Below, in pieces: positions 1-13,921 of a stretch of DNA of 64,000 nucleotides. This stretch comes from Eledone cirrhosa (Eukaryota). Where the stretch lies: NCBI GenBank assembly GCA_964016885.1, contig OZ024740.1, positions 246,822,001 through 246,886,000 of the forward strand. The letters are read 5' to 3'. The translations under genes were made by a program, and so were the position numbers. The notes below the pieces were generated by a model. It was not told the origin of the DNA, ran no database searches, and was given only the letters and a program-made list of their open reading frames with translations. Position 1 is the first letter of the stretch; each line of letters opens with the position of its first letter.

Positions 1-672
1 TTTACCGGTGAAGGTGATGTTGTCGCCTGGTTGCGAAAAGTCTGGATGGTTGCAAGCTTACAGAAGATAGAAGATGTGGCTGGCCTCATGGCACTGTACC
101 TCGAAGGGGATGCGTTGGCACACTTCCTAGAGATGGATTAACACAGCCAAAGAGATGCGCAAAAGATTGAGAGGCGTATGATGGAAGCGTTCGCGGAAGG
201 ACCGTTAGCCGCTTTTGCTAAGCTGGCAAGGATTAGATGGAACGGTGAACGCGTTGACATTTTCGGAAATACTGCGATTGGCCATGTTGGCTGGATATCA
301 GGTAGAATGCGAACGCACGGTGCGGTTAGCGTTCATAAATGGATTTCCAGACGACATAGCGGTGAAACTGCAGCAAGTCCCGGGTTACAAGGAAATTAAG
401 ATGCGTGCACTGGTGGAGCAAGCCCGCATCATAGCAGAAGATGCCAAGAAGAGTGTCGTGGCGATAGCAATGACAGAGGGCCAAGGCAACCGGCAGCAAC
501 ATGGTGAAAGGGAGGCAACAACGGCACGCGGTCGCCCGCGAACGTTTAGAGGTCGCTCTTTTAGGTGCCAGGGCCCGCACAAGGCGAGAGACTGTAGAGA
601 GTCAAGGCCGGACAATATGCTACCGGTGTAAGCGACCAGGCCATATCGCTACTATCCAAGGGGAACTACTGC
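1..672 (+). pseudogene. gag: gag remnant of the Gypsy element
   Basis: Frame 1 reads FTGEGDVVAWL...LYLEGDAL. Knuckles SFRCQGPHKARDC and CYRCKRPGHIA are present. Broken by stops and frameshifts. Confidence 0.8.
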
Positions 673-707
673 GCCGGTAGCTGCCCCTTACGAGTAGAGG
701 CGCTGCC

Positions 708-3461
708 GTGAGGGGAAAGCCACAGCGAGCCCTTGTGGACTCGGGCTGTACGACGACACAGGTAACCGCGGGGGTGGCGCAGAGGTGGAGAAGGAAGAGC
801 AGCGTAAGGGCAGTCGACGGTAGGAAAATTGAATGCCGAGGTCGCAGCGAGGTGGATATGGCGGTACGGGGTAAGAAAATAAGGCTTTCTGCCATCGTAG
901 TCGACAACGTGGTGGATGGGATGGGCGTAGTTATGGGCATGGACGCAATTGGCCGTCGAGGAGGCGTCACAGTGAACAACGTCGGTGTGTCGTTTGGCGG
1001 CGCTGCATCGCTATGCGCTGTGAGTACGCGACAGGAGAACCAGAAGGCTCGCGAGGAGAAATATCCCGCTTACACTGTACAGGACAAAGACTTCAAGGCC
1101 GTGTTCGATGGGCAACGATGGGTTGTTGTGTGGTACTGGAAAGGAGAACCACTAATACTGAAGACCAAAGTGGGCTGCTATCAACACACATTGAAGGGAG
1201 ACATTAGGAGCGAGTTCGAGCGAGAGGTAGAGAGATGGATTGAGGAGGGCATACTGCTTCCCTGGAAAAAGGAGGTGAAGTGCGGAGTATTGCCGTTAAT
1301 GGCGGTGGCGCAACCCACGAAGAACAAGGTGAGGCCGGTACTGGACTTTCGGGAGCTGAACGAGTACGTGTCATGTCACATGGGTGGCGAGGTCACGGAT
1401 GTCTGTGAGGAAACCCTGCGTGAGTGGAGACGCATGACGGGGGCTTCTGCAATCGTCGATCTGAAGTCGGCATACTTACAATTACACATAGATGAGAAGC
1501 TCTGGCAGTATCAGCTGGTCAGGTATAAGGGCCGGACATATTGCCTGACCAGGCTCGGTTTCGGGCTGAGCTCTGCACCGAAGATCATGGCGGCGGTCCT
1601 CAAGACCATTCTGGGAGAGGCCGACAAGATGAAGTGGGCCACTAATTCCTACATTGACGACATCCTAGTGGACGAGTCTGTAGTGTCGGCGGCGGAGGTC
1701 ACGAATCATTTACAGGGGTATGGACTGGCTGCGAAGCCGTCAGAAGCGTTGGAGGGAGGAGCCGCGCTGGGACTTAGGCTACGGCGACACAGGACGGGCG
1801 TGTTAGTATTCCAGAGGGGAAATGAAGTTCCAGAACTGGGACCAAGTATGAGGAGGCGGGAACTCTTCTCGGCGTGTGGAAAGTTGATGGGTCACTACCC
1901 GATTGCTGGGTGGCTCCGGACGGCCTGCTGCTATGTTAAGAGACGAGCGGGCGGGGTGACTTGGAGTGACAGAGTGAGAGAGAGGACGGTGGCCATGATG
2001 CAGGAGATCGTGGAGAGGGCGAAGGCCGACGACCCAGTGCGGGGACGCTGGTATGTTCCCAAATCGCAGAGCGGGACCGTATGGTGCGATGCCAGCAGCA
2101 TAGCACTAGGTGTCACGTTGGAGATAAGTGTTGAGGTCGAGGATGCAGCCTGGCTTAGGAAGAAGGACGATTGCAACCACATCAATGTGGCCGAACTGGA
2201 CGCGGTGTTGAGAGGGGTGAACCTCACCCTGAGGTGAGGACTGCGCACCATCGAGATTCGCACCGACTCGGCTATAGTACTCGGATGGGTGAGATCAGTG
2301 CTTACCAGTGAGAAGAGAGTGCGAACGAGAGGGGCGGCGGAGATGCCGATAAAGCGCCGCTTGGGAACTTTAGAAGAGCTGGCCACCGAGTTCGACCTGA
2401 GGCTGAGCGTAGTTTTCGTGCCCTCAGAGAAAAATAGGGCGGACGTTTTAACCAGGGTGAAGAAAGCCTGGATGGAAGCGCCGGAGGATGTAGAAGAGGG
2501 GATAGCTGCCGTGTATCGGCTAACCGAGTCGGATCTGAAAGGGTTGCATGACATGCACCACATGGGAGTGGATAAGACTCTGTTCCTAGCCAGGAGAATC
2601 GACTCGGACGTTAACAGAAACAGTGTTCAAAGAGTGGTTAGAGGCTACGTCCGATGTCAGTCCATTGATCCCACCCCGGGTGTGCACGAAACGGGAAACC
2701 TCCCGGTGGATCACGACTGGAAGCGATTGGCGGGGGATGTAACACACTACCGACAGGGAACGTACCTCTCGATGGTCGACTGTGGACCAGGACGGATGGC
2801 CATATGGAGGGAGATGAAGACTGGAACGGCCGAGGAAATCACGCGGACGTTGAGAGAGGTGTACTTGGAGCGGGGCCCTGTGGACGAACTGTTGATGGAC
2901 AACAGCACAGCGTTCCGCTCGGAGGCGCTGAGGGACATGCTCGATGGATGGAAGGTGGACCGTTTCTTCAGAGCAGCGTACAGGCCGAGCGGAAATGGAA
3001 TCGTGGAGCGAAACCACCGGACGATCAAGGCAATGGCGGAGCGGGGCCACATCTCACCAATGGAGGCAGTGTTCTGGTACAACATGTCTCCTCGGGTGGG
3101 ACAGGTTGAGGAATCAGTTCCACACAGAGCAGTATTCAGATACGAGTGACGGCACCCGTGCACGCCACCACAACGGCCAGTGGAGAGAGAGAATGCATTC
3201 GTGCAGGTGGGCGAAGAAGTCTGGGTTAAGCCCCCAGATACACGTTGCACATCTCAATGGGGAAGGGGAACTGTGACGGCCGTAAATTCACAGAACAATG
3301 TGTTCGTGGACGGAGTACCACGTCATGTCCTGGATGTCCGTAGAATTATTGTGTCAACGGACCCAAAGTGCCGCCCCAACACTGCGGAGATCGTAAAGAA
3401 GTCGCAAACCACCAACCTGGACAGCAGACTTTCATATGCAGCAGGACGAGGGGGAAATTGA
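708..3461 (+). pseudogene. pol: pol polyprotein (PR-RT-RNase H-IN) with two in-frame TGA stops
   Basis: ORFs 708-2237, 2289-3149 and 3180-3461 are in one frame. Motifs: ALVDSG (PR); DLKSAYLQ, LGFGLSSAP, YIDD (RT); WCDAS...AELDAV (RNase H); DVTHY, MDNSTAF, GNGIVERNHRTIK (integrase DDE). Confidence 0.92.
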
Positions 3462-3480
3462 TCCTTGAGATCAGGGGGAG

Positions 3481-3752
3481 TGTGGGTATGTATGTGGTGT
3501 GAGGTGGCCGGAGGCTGGGGAGTGCTCGACCGGAAGAGTGCTTGACCGGAAGGGTGCTTGACCGGAAGGGTACTCGACCGGAAGGGCCAGCAGGTCAGCC
3601 TCTCTCGAGGGTGGTCAGCGAACGTGGTGGACGTCAGTTTTGGAGCTCCCGGTTAACGAGTTGGATTGTACGCACGTGGGAGAGGAGAAACCTGCCATTG
3701 GATTAGCGGTGCCAGTGATAAGCGGTAAGTGAAGTAGCTTTTTCTAACCACA
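3481..3752 (+). repeat. 3' LTR (about 272 bp) containing a 4 x 16-bp tandem repeat
   Basis: Starts TGTGG right after the PPT and ends CCACA. The unit G(A/G)GT(G/A)CTYGACCGGAA repeats at 3520-3583. Confidence 0.8.
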
Positions 3753-3782
3753 GATGCATCACTCATTTTTCGTTTTCTATTC

Positions 3783-3783
<1 letters not shown>

Positions 3784-3873
<90 letters not shown>
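3784..3873. repeat. (TA)n microsatellite, representative of many TA, CA, CT, CATA and ATT tracts in the window
   Basis: Directly visible. Other tracts include 4539-4606, 5336-5457, 7661-7810, 10182-10260, 16105-16219, 26692-26751, 39392-39533 and 57335-57416. Confidence 0.98.
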
Positions 3874-3877
<4 letters not shown>

Positions 3878-4006
3878 ATAATAATAAATTTGAAGACTAA
3901 ATTCCAAAGAGGGCTCGATAAGGATAAATATATATCAGATATATAAGAACCGTAGAGCAAATATTTATTAAAATAGATTAAAGTTTAAGCAAAGAATCGC
4001 TGCTTC
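3873..4006 (-). repeat. Dispersed repeat, probably a Penelope-like terminal (pLTR) remnant next to (TA)n
   Basis: Nearly identical to 59877-60037. Inverted copy at 5262-5332 and partial copy at 59176-59208. Longer copies contain a hammerhead-like CAGAAGA-TCCC/GGG-CGAAA. Confidence 0.6.
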
Positions 4007-4122
4007 AAATTTATTATTATTACTATATATATATATCCATATATATATATATATCCATATATATATATATATATATAGGAAAAAGTATGACCCCGACGGC
4101 AGAGCTCAAGCCGTTTCGACGG

Positions 4123-4178
<56 letters not shown>

Positions 4179-4536
4179 ATAGTAATAATAATAAATTTCC
4201 TTGTTGACAATCCAATAATATCCACTTTCCGTGACTTACCATCTGATTAATTGGTGAAATATATTTCTTTAATGGGATATATACAAGGAAAGTTAATCAC
4301 ACTTAAAGGTAAATATTGCCTAAACTAGCTATGCGCGGTTACACGCAAGCTTAAATTGTCTCCTGTGATTATTCATGTATTTTTATATGTTAATCAATCT
4401 CTAGTTATTATAATATGCTCAGATTTATTTATCTTTGAGCTTAAATTCTCAGGATATATGGCGCATGCATTATGTCATGACACCCATGATTTCGATTTAG
4501 ATTAAATTCATTTAATTCATTTATCTTAATTTTGGA

Positions 4537-4610
<74 letters not shown>

Positions 4611-5008
4611 GAAAAATCAGTGATGCATCTGGACTCAATTTATTGTGTATTACAATTGTTTCGCCGACAGACAGCTCGAAACACGATCATTGTATGCGTG
4701 TATGTATATATTTAATTTCAAATATATCTGTATTTTATTTACTTTATTCTTAACTCTGAAGCCGAGAATCATTCGGTTTCCTAAATAGAATTTTAGTCTA
4801 CGACTTCAGTTATACCATTTACGTGGTTTTATCTTTGCGTGTAATTGTTTTCATTGCGCCACATAATGACGTATTATCTTCGTTTATTCCGTTCATTGCC
4901 AGAGAACGTCTCCATGAACCACTTAATAGAACATTAGTCTACGACTTCATTTATATCATAAACGTGGTTTTGTCTTCGCGTGTAATTGTTTTCACCGGAC
5001 CAAATAAT

Positions 5009-5115
5009 TGTTTCTACTTTTGGCACAAGGCCAGCAATTACCCAATGCATTACTGGTACTTTATTCTATCTACCCCGGAAGGATGAAAGGCAAAGTTAAC
5101 CGCGGCGGGATTTGA
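5009..5115 (-). mobile_element. 5'-truncated tRNA-derived SINE (Meta-domain-like) with a 10-bp TSD
   Basis: Minus strand reads (GG)TTCAAATCCC B box, then GCCTTTCATCCTTCCGGGGT...AAGTACCAG, then CCTTGTGCC...AGAAACA. TSD ACCAAATAAT at 4999-5008 and 5116-5125. Confidence 0.8.
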
Positions 5116-5343
5116 ACCAAATAATGACGTATTATCTTTGTTTTTTTCCGTTCTTTGCCTGGGAACGTTTCCACGAACCAAAGTATCGTCTTCTTGTCTT
5201 CCTTCGGTTGCAACGTTTTTTGAAATATTTACTTCTGCCCTCACAGATTGACTTTTTTTGTTTCAGAAGATCCCGTTAAGGGCGAAAGCAGCGATTCTTT
5301 GCTTAAACTTTAATCTGTTATTTTAATAAATAAACATATATAT

Positions 5344-5460
<117 letters not shown>

Positions 5461-7657
5461 AGGAAAAGCGAAGTAGTTTCAGATGTTCAAGTCCTTTAAT
5501 AATAATGCTGTGATATATATTTCAGTGACGACACTGGCCACACTGTTCTGTGTGCGAGTGTCGTGTCATCATCAGACAGCTTGTTACATAATAAGGTTAT
5601 GTTTCCGAGGCAATCCAAATTGGATCGACAAGGGAACGGATGAATTGCGTGTTCTTGGGTTTTTCATCCGCTCCCTTGTGAGTACCAATTCACCCCCACC
5701 GGCCTGCGCAAGCGCATGTCCGAAGGAAGTTGACCATTCTCCACCGCAGACTTCAACGAAATTTGCTTAGTCAGTTCACCCTGTCATCCAAAACAATGGC
5801 CCACCAATGCCTGTACCATATTTTACTGCTACCCATCACGGCTGTGGCAGTCAGCCGAGAGCCAGAGGGGATGGGAGAGTGTTAGTTTTTACAGGTCATA
5901 ATACTACCCCTCACTAAGCGTTGCCGGTACAACTGACCATCACCTTATTAGGGAATATAAACTTATTCTAGTTATCATGGTTTTACGTTGGAAGTTAAGA
6001 GTGAAAGTTGGAAATAAAAATTAAATATCAGAAATTATAAATTAAACAATTAAGAAATTAACAAATAGAAATTAAAGAATTAAAAAAAGAATTTAAAAAA
6101 TTCTTTTCAGGTGATAATTCGGATTGAGGTGAGTAAAAATATAGACTGAAGTGAGTAAATAATATGGAGAGATGTGTTTAAGTAATATGTTCTGAGAGGG
6201 ATTCTAGTGTCACAGTTACTCTATCCACATATTGAACGACGGTGTCGTACATTATAACTACAGGGCTCCAGGCATTAGTGAATATATATGTATGACACAA
6301 CGGCACAAAAGAACAGTGGAGGATACGGTTAAAACGTAAAAGTCAAAAACATATCAGCAGAAAATGAAAACGAATTGTAAAGAAGTAAACATGTGACTGA
6401 TAAAAAATGCGTACAAAAGTAAGAATAATACACTCTTTTAGACTTTTATCCGTTCCAGCCGACTTGCTGAGACCATAATGGGGCGCCGCCAGCCAGCAAT
6501 AAAAAATGTTTACGCCGAATAGGAAGTAAAGGAGGGATTTAATGTTTCGGATGGAACCTTTTATCAAAGTAGAAGAAACGAAAAGAATACAAATTATGAA
6601 AAAGCGTTGCAAAGACGCAATGGTGTAAATAATACGATGTGCTTTGAATATCTGCATTCTACATACTTTAATATAGATATGTAAATGTATTGTTTGTGTG
6701 TATGTCCGTTTCTTCTTCCCTCTCATTTTAAGGAACAAAATGTTGTTGCAACAGTATTTTGTTCCTTACTCGCTGCCTGAATATCTGTCATGTCTCGCGA
6801 AGTAGTCAATGCGCTGGATAAAAGTCCATTGAACTTTTTCATTGAGAAACGTATTCATCATACATATTATATGTTATGATTCTTTAAATTAGTATGTATC
6901 AGCTCCAAATTCTTAATTTGTTGAGCTTATTGTGCTTTATCTGGTACATCGCACCTCTTTCTAGCGGACGTGACATCCAGTCCTATTTATATTTGCCATC
7001 ACTGTTAACAATTAGTTCAAACCACAAGGTTTTGGAGGAACTACTTCTCGGAACATGACAGATATAAAAGTGTTTTGTATTTTACTGGATATTATAAGGA
7101 GCCGATTAGTTCCACGTCTCCCAGAACTATACCAAAGTCGATAGTTGGTAATCTTTTCAATCCGGTTCTAGGAACTATGAAACAGCGCTGTGAGGAATTT
7201 ATTATTTTCTCCACCTTCATGTATATAATGTTTCCCAGATATTATATGCATTTTATGTACAGAATACTATATGTTTCTCTAATTGATATATGGTTATATA
7301 TATACATATACATATAATATATATAAAATAAAAATGGCGTAGACATACAATACAACAGGAGGAAACATAATAGTACCACTGATGATGTTGCAGATGTGCA
7401 ACGAAAGAACTTTGATAGACTATATATAAATATATATTTATATCTGTATTTTTAACCGCTGGTCAATCAATGATAAACATTGATTGCCAAATAAATTAAC
7501 AATGGAGATATAAAAGATACAGAAGCGAAAACCAACCAAACAGTGAGTGTGTTCTGTTATTATTTCTGGCAATATTATTACAACAATACAACAATATGAC
7601 CCTCCCCAAGTATAACAATCCTTGTTTCGACACACGATTTCATATCAAAATCCTTGC

Positions 7658-7810
<153 letters not shown>

Positions 7811-8383
7811 GGAGAAGAAGTTTATGAAATGGAAATGCGGGTATACAGAATTTATTAGGTAACAATTGTTTCTATAGTGTATGGGTTACCTATACCTCGC
7901 TATTTGAATAATATAAAAATATTATCATAAACCGAAGGTACACTGTAAGCAAACACACCATGTCGTCAGACCTTTGTATTGGAATGATATGAAAATATTT
8001 TATACACTAGATAAAAGATAAAGAAGGAGGTAGGAAGAGAAGGGGAAGAGGGAAGTGAGTAAGGTGGAGGGAGTCTTAGGATTTAAGACTGTCAGACTAG
8101 TAGAGATTGTAAGGGGAGAATGTTTTGGCAGCAGTTAGCTTAATGAGGCGTGTTAGGGTTGGCGGGGGAAGTAAATTCTTCTAGTGGTGTTGTTCGGACA
8201 AAATTTAGTTAAATGGGTCAAAGTGGTACAGTGTCACAGACAAGTTATTGGGGCTATTATAGTAGCAGGTTATTTCTAAAGGGGTCCAGAAAACAGTGTT
8301 TAGTACTATTATTATAGAAAGCCATATCTTGTGTATAAACATATAAAACAGAAATTTGCAAACGGTGGTGTAAAAAGGTAACA

Positions 8384-9373
8384 TTATATGCATTTAAAAA
8401 AAGAAAAAGTCGTTTTCAAACGATGGTTACAGTATAGAGAACGTTCAATTTTGCTGTTCAAAAGTTTGTTTACCGACGTTAAAATGCAGTATATCTCCAA
8501 ATTGCATAACTTGCAGAATCGATGATTTTGCTTATATGCAGGCGCAGCTGCAATAATTTGCCAATCAAGGGAGAATGCTTGATTGTTCCTCCGGAGCTGC
8601 CAGGCTTTATCGGCGAGGGTTGTTACGGAGCGCATTTTCTCGTGCCTGATCGAAGATCGATGTTGGTATAGGCGAGCCTTGAAAGAAGTTGCGGTACATC
8701 CGACGTAATACCATTTGTTGGTTCCGGAATTTATTGTACATCGGTAGACAATATTGCGTGCTAGGCACTGGTTATTCAGTGGGCACGTACCTGGTTTGGT
8801 GCAGTTACAATTATTTTTATGTTTTGCAGTGGAATCCTGGATAGTTTGGTGGGGTTGTAGTTGCGTGTTAGTGCGTTGTATGTTGCTATGCTGGTGCGCT
8901 GAGTCATTAGGGATGTACTTATTCAGTATTGCTGAGTTGAGTTTTTTAATTAGTTGTTCTATGTTAGGTGCAGTGGAGTATGAGAGTCTAATGGTGCGCG
9001 AGTTAAAGATTTTATAGTATTTATGTGAAGTTGTAAAGTGTTTATTGATTAGTGTATAGAATTGTGAGATAATCTTAGTGCTAATAGAAGAATTGTACAC
9101 GGGGTTATACCATATGTACTCTCTACGTCTGACTCTATTTGCTGGTTTGCACCTATTAGTATGCCTATTGATGTGTGTGTGTGGTGCAATACTAGTTCGA
9201 CTTAGATGTGTTTTATTCCTAGTACTTATGTGGTTATCGTCTAGATATTCTATTTTCTCGCAGTAACCAGCTTTTCTAAGTGCGTCATTATAATATTCAG
9301 CATGCTCATTGAAGGTCTGCAAATTAGACGACAGTCGGGAGATCCTTATGGATATATTTTTAGGGACACACAC
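8384..9373 (-). mobile_element. Penelope-like element 3' half: RT thumb/linker plus GIY-YIG endonuclease, Naiad-like
   Basis: 329-aa ORF with WYNPVY, RLSYST, CNC..CPL...C, IVYRC...YYVGCT..FKARLYQH, CKLC..E and CNH. The 5' end is truncated at a CA/TA microsatellite. Confidence 0.85.
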
Positions 9374-9378
9374 ACACG

Positions 9379-9414
<36 letters not shown>

Positions 9415-9518
9415 AACGAGTAGGACCCCAATTACCCCCTATTACCCACTCTACTACCCTAAGTATTGAGTACTTTGGTGCGTTATGGTCCATCTGGTTC
9501 CTTACCACTTTTCCTTCG

Positions 9519-9551
<33 letters not shown>

Positions 9552-9556
<5 letters not shown>

Positions 9557-9910
9557 GTCCCCCGGTATTCGCGGTGATTACATTCCGAGAGGACCTGCGA
9601 AGAGTGAAAAACCGCGAATATTGGACGCCGATCATAAAAATGCCTAAACACGTCAAAATATAACGTACGATATATAAAAAATAGGGAACGTCTTATGCGA
9701 AAGAGCATTCGGTAGGCCGGCAAATACGGTATATTGTTATTAATAATTTAGCGTTAAAAGAAATATATATTGCTACGAAAAAGCCATAACAAAATCGCGG
9801 AAGATATTTACGATTCCGTGAATATGCGGTGATTTCCACGAACAATTATTAGTTAGGTTCTAAGAGAAATTCCACGAATAATCGGGACCACCAATTTCGG
9901 GGGTACACTG
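9552..9910. mobile_element. pogo/Tigger-like MITE inserted in (TA)n
   Basis: Imperfect TIRs (T)AGTTGTCCCCCG ... CGGGGGTACACTG, TA on both sides, no coding capacity. Confidence 0.65.
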
Positions 9911-10177
9911 TATATATATATATGAGTATATATCAATATATATTCATTTATATGCATATGTATGTGTGGATTTTATCATGCGAGAAAAATATATAGTTAT
10001 TAAATCAGTGGCAATGTTGTTAGTAAAAACCCATAGTAATCTGATACACGTTGTATTAAAGTAAATGGCGAGAATATGTCTGACGAACGCCGAAGTGTGA
10101 AAAACCATTCAAACTGCCAATTGTTTTGTAATTCCTTATTTTCACATTTTGATAGCCAAATTCCCATCTCTCTCTTC

Positions 10178-10263
<86 letters not shown>

Positions 10264-10565
10264 GTGTGTGTGTATGTATATGTGCGGGTGTGCGTGTGTG
10301 CGTATGTGTGTAATATATAATCACATATTTTTGCATGTGATATTGTTATTAATGATGTATGTATGTATGTTCTTCTGGTTTTATAATTTCACAAAGTTTT
10401 ACCAATAGAGAGGGAGTCGGTCTCTAACATAGACACAAGACTCTCTCATTACACAACATCAACTAGGTAGATATGTGTATATGCATGCATGTGTAGATAT
10501 GGATGTTATTGTATGTGTGGATGTGTATGTTTTGAGTTGTATGTGTGCATGTGTATATGCAGTTA

Positions 10566-13500
10566 TTAGATGCAAAATTTTTGGAATGTCTTACATATTT
10601 TTACTGTTCCATTAATGGATTGTACTTGTAATTTCCTAACTAGTTGTGTTATATCTGTTCCTGTGAAGCCCAGCTTCTCAAGATTTGTATTGAGGCAGTT
10701 ACTAACATACCCCAGTGCCCCACTAATCCCAGGCATACATCTGAAGGTGTAATCAGGGTAGAGTATCTGCAGATTTCTCATCAGTTCTGCATTAATATTC
10801 TCTTTTTCGCTAATCTTTGATATTATATTGGCATCTGATGGGCAGCTACTTTCCACTACTGTGCATGCTTTCTTCTTCCCGTCCCATATCATAATATCTG
10901 GTCTGTTATGACTGCATTTTATTGGGTTTTTTACATTGCTGTAGCTTTTAATGTGTTTATTATCGGTGCTATCTTTTTTACGAACATCATTGTACAGTGT
11001 TTTGGCCACTACATCATGCCTCATAGGTAGATAGTACTGCGATGACATCTTTGGACAGCTGCTGATGACATGGATGATATCCTCGATGTTAGTTCTGCAG
11101 AGTCTGCACTTATTATCACATCTAGGTGTTTTGCCTGCATCCCTATCTCTTTTGTGAATCAGGTATTTCGTGTTAATCCCCTGTTCTTGGATTGCAAAAG
11201 CGTATCCTTCAAAGTGGGAGCCAATATAGCGGTTGTTGGTCCAAGATAGACTACTTTCCTTATCTATATTACTCTCACTCTGGAGCTTCCTGGCAACATA
11301 TCCATGCATGATTTTTTGCTGATAAGAATGCAGTTTTCATCCATGGATTCACTGTGATACTGCTGAGCGAGGTTCGTAGATGTTCGTAGATGTTGTCGTA
11401 GAGATATGATGCGACATTCAAATGTTGTCTGGACTGATGTTAGGCCTCTCCCTCCCTGCTTACGTTTCAAGTAAAGTCGGTCTATATCACTGTTGATGTG
11501 GAAGTTTCCGGTGTTGTTTAGTATTTTTCGAGTTCCAACATCAACTGCTCGGATTTCGTCTATCGTCTAATTGAGTATTCCAAACGTTGGTGTTAGGACA
11601 GACACAGCAAACACATTGTGAGTCACTGTTTTGTTTTGCGCAGAGAGTTCCGATGACCAGATCTCTCTTAATCGGGTGTAGTATTCCCTGGTTACGCGTT
11701 CTTTATTACAGACACCATTATAGGATATGTTCTCATCTATCCCCAGGTATCTGTAGCAGTCCTTATCAGATATCGGTGAAACAGTTAGGCCATTGATGAC
11801 AATGTTGCTAGATTGGGTTGTTGTTTTTCCCCGCTTTACAGTCATGTATGAGCATTTATCTTGGCCAAACTCCATTCCTATATCCTTTGAGAACGTTGTA
11901 ACCAGGTCAAGATTTTTCTTCATCCATGTTCTTGGCATAGAGTTTCAGATCATCCACAAAGAAATTATGGGTTAGGTTCGTATTTCTGTCCTCCTGTGAG
12001 CCAATGATGTATCCCTCACATTTCTTGAGCAGAAAGGACAAGGGGCTTAATGACAAGATGAATAATATCACAGAGAAATATACCCCTGCAATATTTTATT
12101 TTATCAGTGAAAATAGAGTCCTCCCTCTCTGTCAGCCTTAGGATAGTATCCCAAGAAGAAGACAGTATCTCTATGGCTCTGACAATAATGTCTGGGACTT
12201 TAGAAAGTTGGAGGGCCTCTATCATCCAAGAATGAGGAAAACAATCGAAAGCTTTCCTGTAGTCCAGCCAGACGGTAGCCGTATTCCTCCTAAGTTGTCG
12301 CACCTCCGACATCGCAATTTTGTTGATTAGGAGTTGTTCAGCACATCCCCAAACCCCTTTCTTTCCAGTTGCTTGTTCATCTGTGATGATGTTATTATTT
12401 TCACAGTGATCTTGGAGGAATAGATTCAGGCAGGCTGTATACATCTTATACATCAGGTTCTGGCATGCAATGGGTCGGTACTTTTTTGTCAAGTGGGTGT
12501 CTTTGTTCTTGGGGACCAGTAATGTTTGTGCTAATGTCAACCATTCTGGTATAAGTGCATCTTCCTTAAGAACTTGTTGGTAGACGTCAGTAAGATTCCT
12601 CCGATAGAATATCAGTTTTTTGTACCAGTAGCCGACAATCATGTCTCTTCCTGATGTTTTCTTATCTTGGAGTTTTCTTATCACAGTCTCAAGGGTACCC
12701 TCACTTCTTTCGTATGTTTTTGTTGTAGTGTAGGAGCAATAGTTCTTTTGGATTTCTCTTAGCCACACTGCATCTTGGTTGAAATTCTTCTTTTCACCCC
12801 GTATTTTGCTCTATAAAGAAACTATGTCTTTCTGGGATGAGGCCTCAGTGACACTTATTATTTTGCCCTTCATATCTCTATAGACTGATGTTTGGTTTCG
12901 TCTGAATCTTTTATTAATCACTTTTCTCTCATCTACCTTCTTCAGGTATCGGCGTTTTTCGCTAACAGCTCTCAATTCTTGTTTGAGGGTGATCATCTTA
13001 TATTGAAGATTTCTGGTTCTACTGTTACCAAACATCGTCTCTATTTTATTTTTCACTCTTTGTTGGTGAGGAGTGAGGTTTTTTTGTGTTTGTCTGCATG
13101 TAAGGAGCATTGTCACATATCCTATAGATTTTCGTAGGTCAGCAATCTGTTTTTCTATTTTACTTATATATGATGGTATTTTTGGTGGTATTCTGTTCTT
13201 GTTAATATCTCTGCTATCACCAAGATAATGCTTCACTGACGTTGCTGAGGCATATACACAGGTGTTGATTTACCAAAATGTTGGAGTTTTTATCCGTCGT
13301 AAATATTCATCCCCCATTTCGTCAATAACACGTAATATTTCATTATTTGGTTTTTTATTAAACATTGTCCTTTTAATACGTTCAGCAAGAGAGATATTTA
13401 TACATGAATTAATTTCTCCCTGGAAGATTTCCTTGAGGGAAATTTTCAATTGTTTATACTTTTGATTATCATTATCGATAGTATTTTCCACAATAGTCGA

Positions 13501-13851
13501 GGTAGACTCGGATGGTACACGTGGTGTCAAATTTCTTCGATTATTATTATTATTATTATTTCTTCGATTATTATTATTATCGATAGTGTTTTCCCCAACA
13601 TTCGAGGTAGACTTAGATGGTACAGGTGGTGTCAAGTTTCTTACAGGCATAGTTGTTTCAAGGCATTGTTCGACCTGGCTGCTAGGAAGTCTAGTAGCAT
13701 GGCGACCTGTAGCACGTGTTGTTGATTCCATGTTTATTGTGGTGGACTTACAATTAATAATATTTATCTTATTTTTACGTTCTACAAACGTCGCTTGTTG
13801 GCGTAATTGTTTCGCTGTGAAATAATTTAGCTCTGGGTGTATTTCGTCCCA
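10566..13851 (-). mobile_element. R4/Dong-like non-LTR retrotransposon (RT + CCHC + RLE endonuclease), frameshifted
   Basis: Consecutive minus-strand ORF pieces carry YRPIACQN, WLDYRKAFD, FVDDLKLY (about 11940-11965), YRYLGI, GGRGL, CRLC...HVISSC, RHDVVA and RPDIMIWD..E.SCP. Confidence 0.88.
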
Positions 13852-13921
13852 GTGTATGTATGTATGTATGTATGTATGTATGTATGTATGTATGTATGTA
13901 TGTATGTATGTATGCATGTAT

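Larger units (their letters stand above)
1..3752 (+). mobile_element. Ty3/Gypsy LTR retrotransposon, decayed; 5' part lies outside the window
   Basis: Order is gag (LYLEGDAL, two zinc knuckles), protease, RT, RNase H, integrase. A polypurine tract AGGGGGAG at 3473-3480 is followed directly by a TG...CA LTR. Confidence 0.93.

Noticed and set aside
5009-5119. GGTTCAAATCCC as part of a tRNA gene
   Set aside because: It is only the B-box remnant of a SINE head; no cloverleaf can be formed.
7900-9373. Selenocysteine/SECIS in the Naiad-like elements, as reported for some Naiads
   Set aside because: There is no in-frame TGA at Cys positions in the recoverable ORFs, and I saw no convincing SECIS stem by eye here or downstream of 61197. 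A SECISearch run would settle it.
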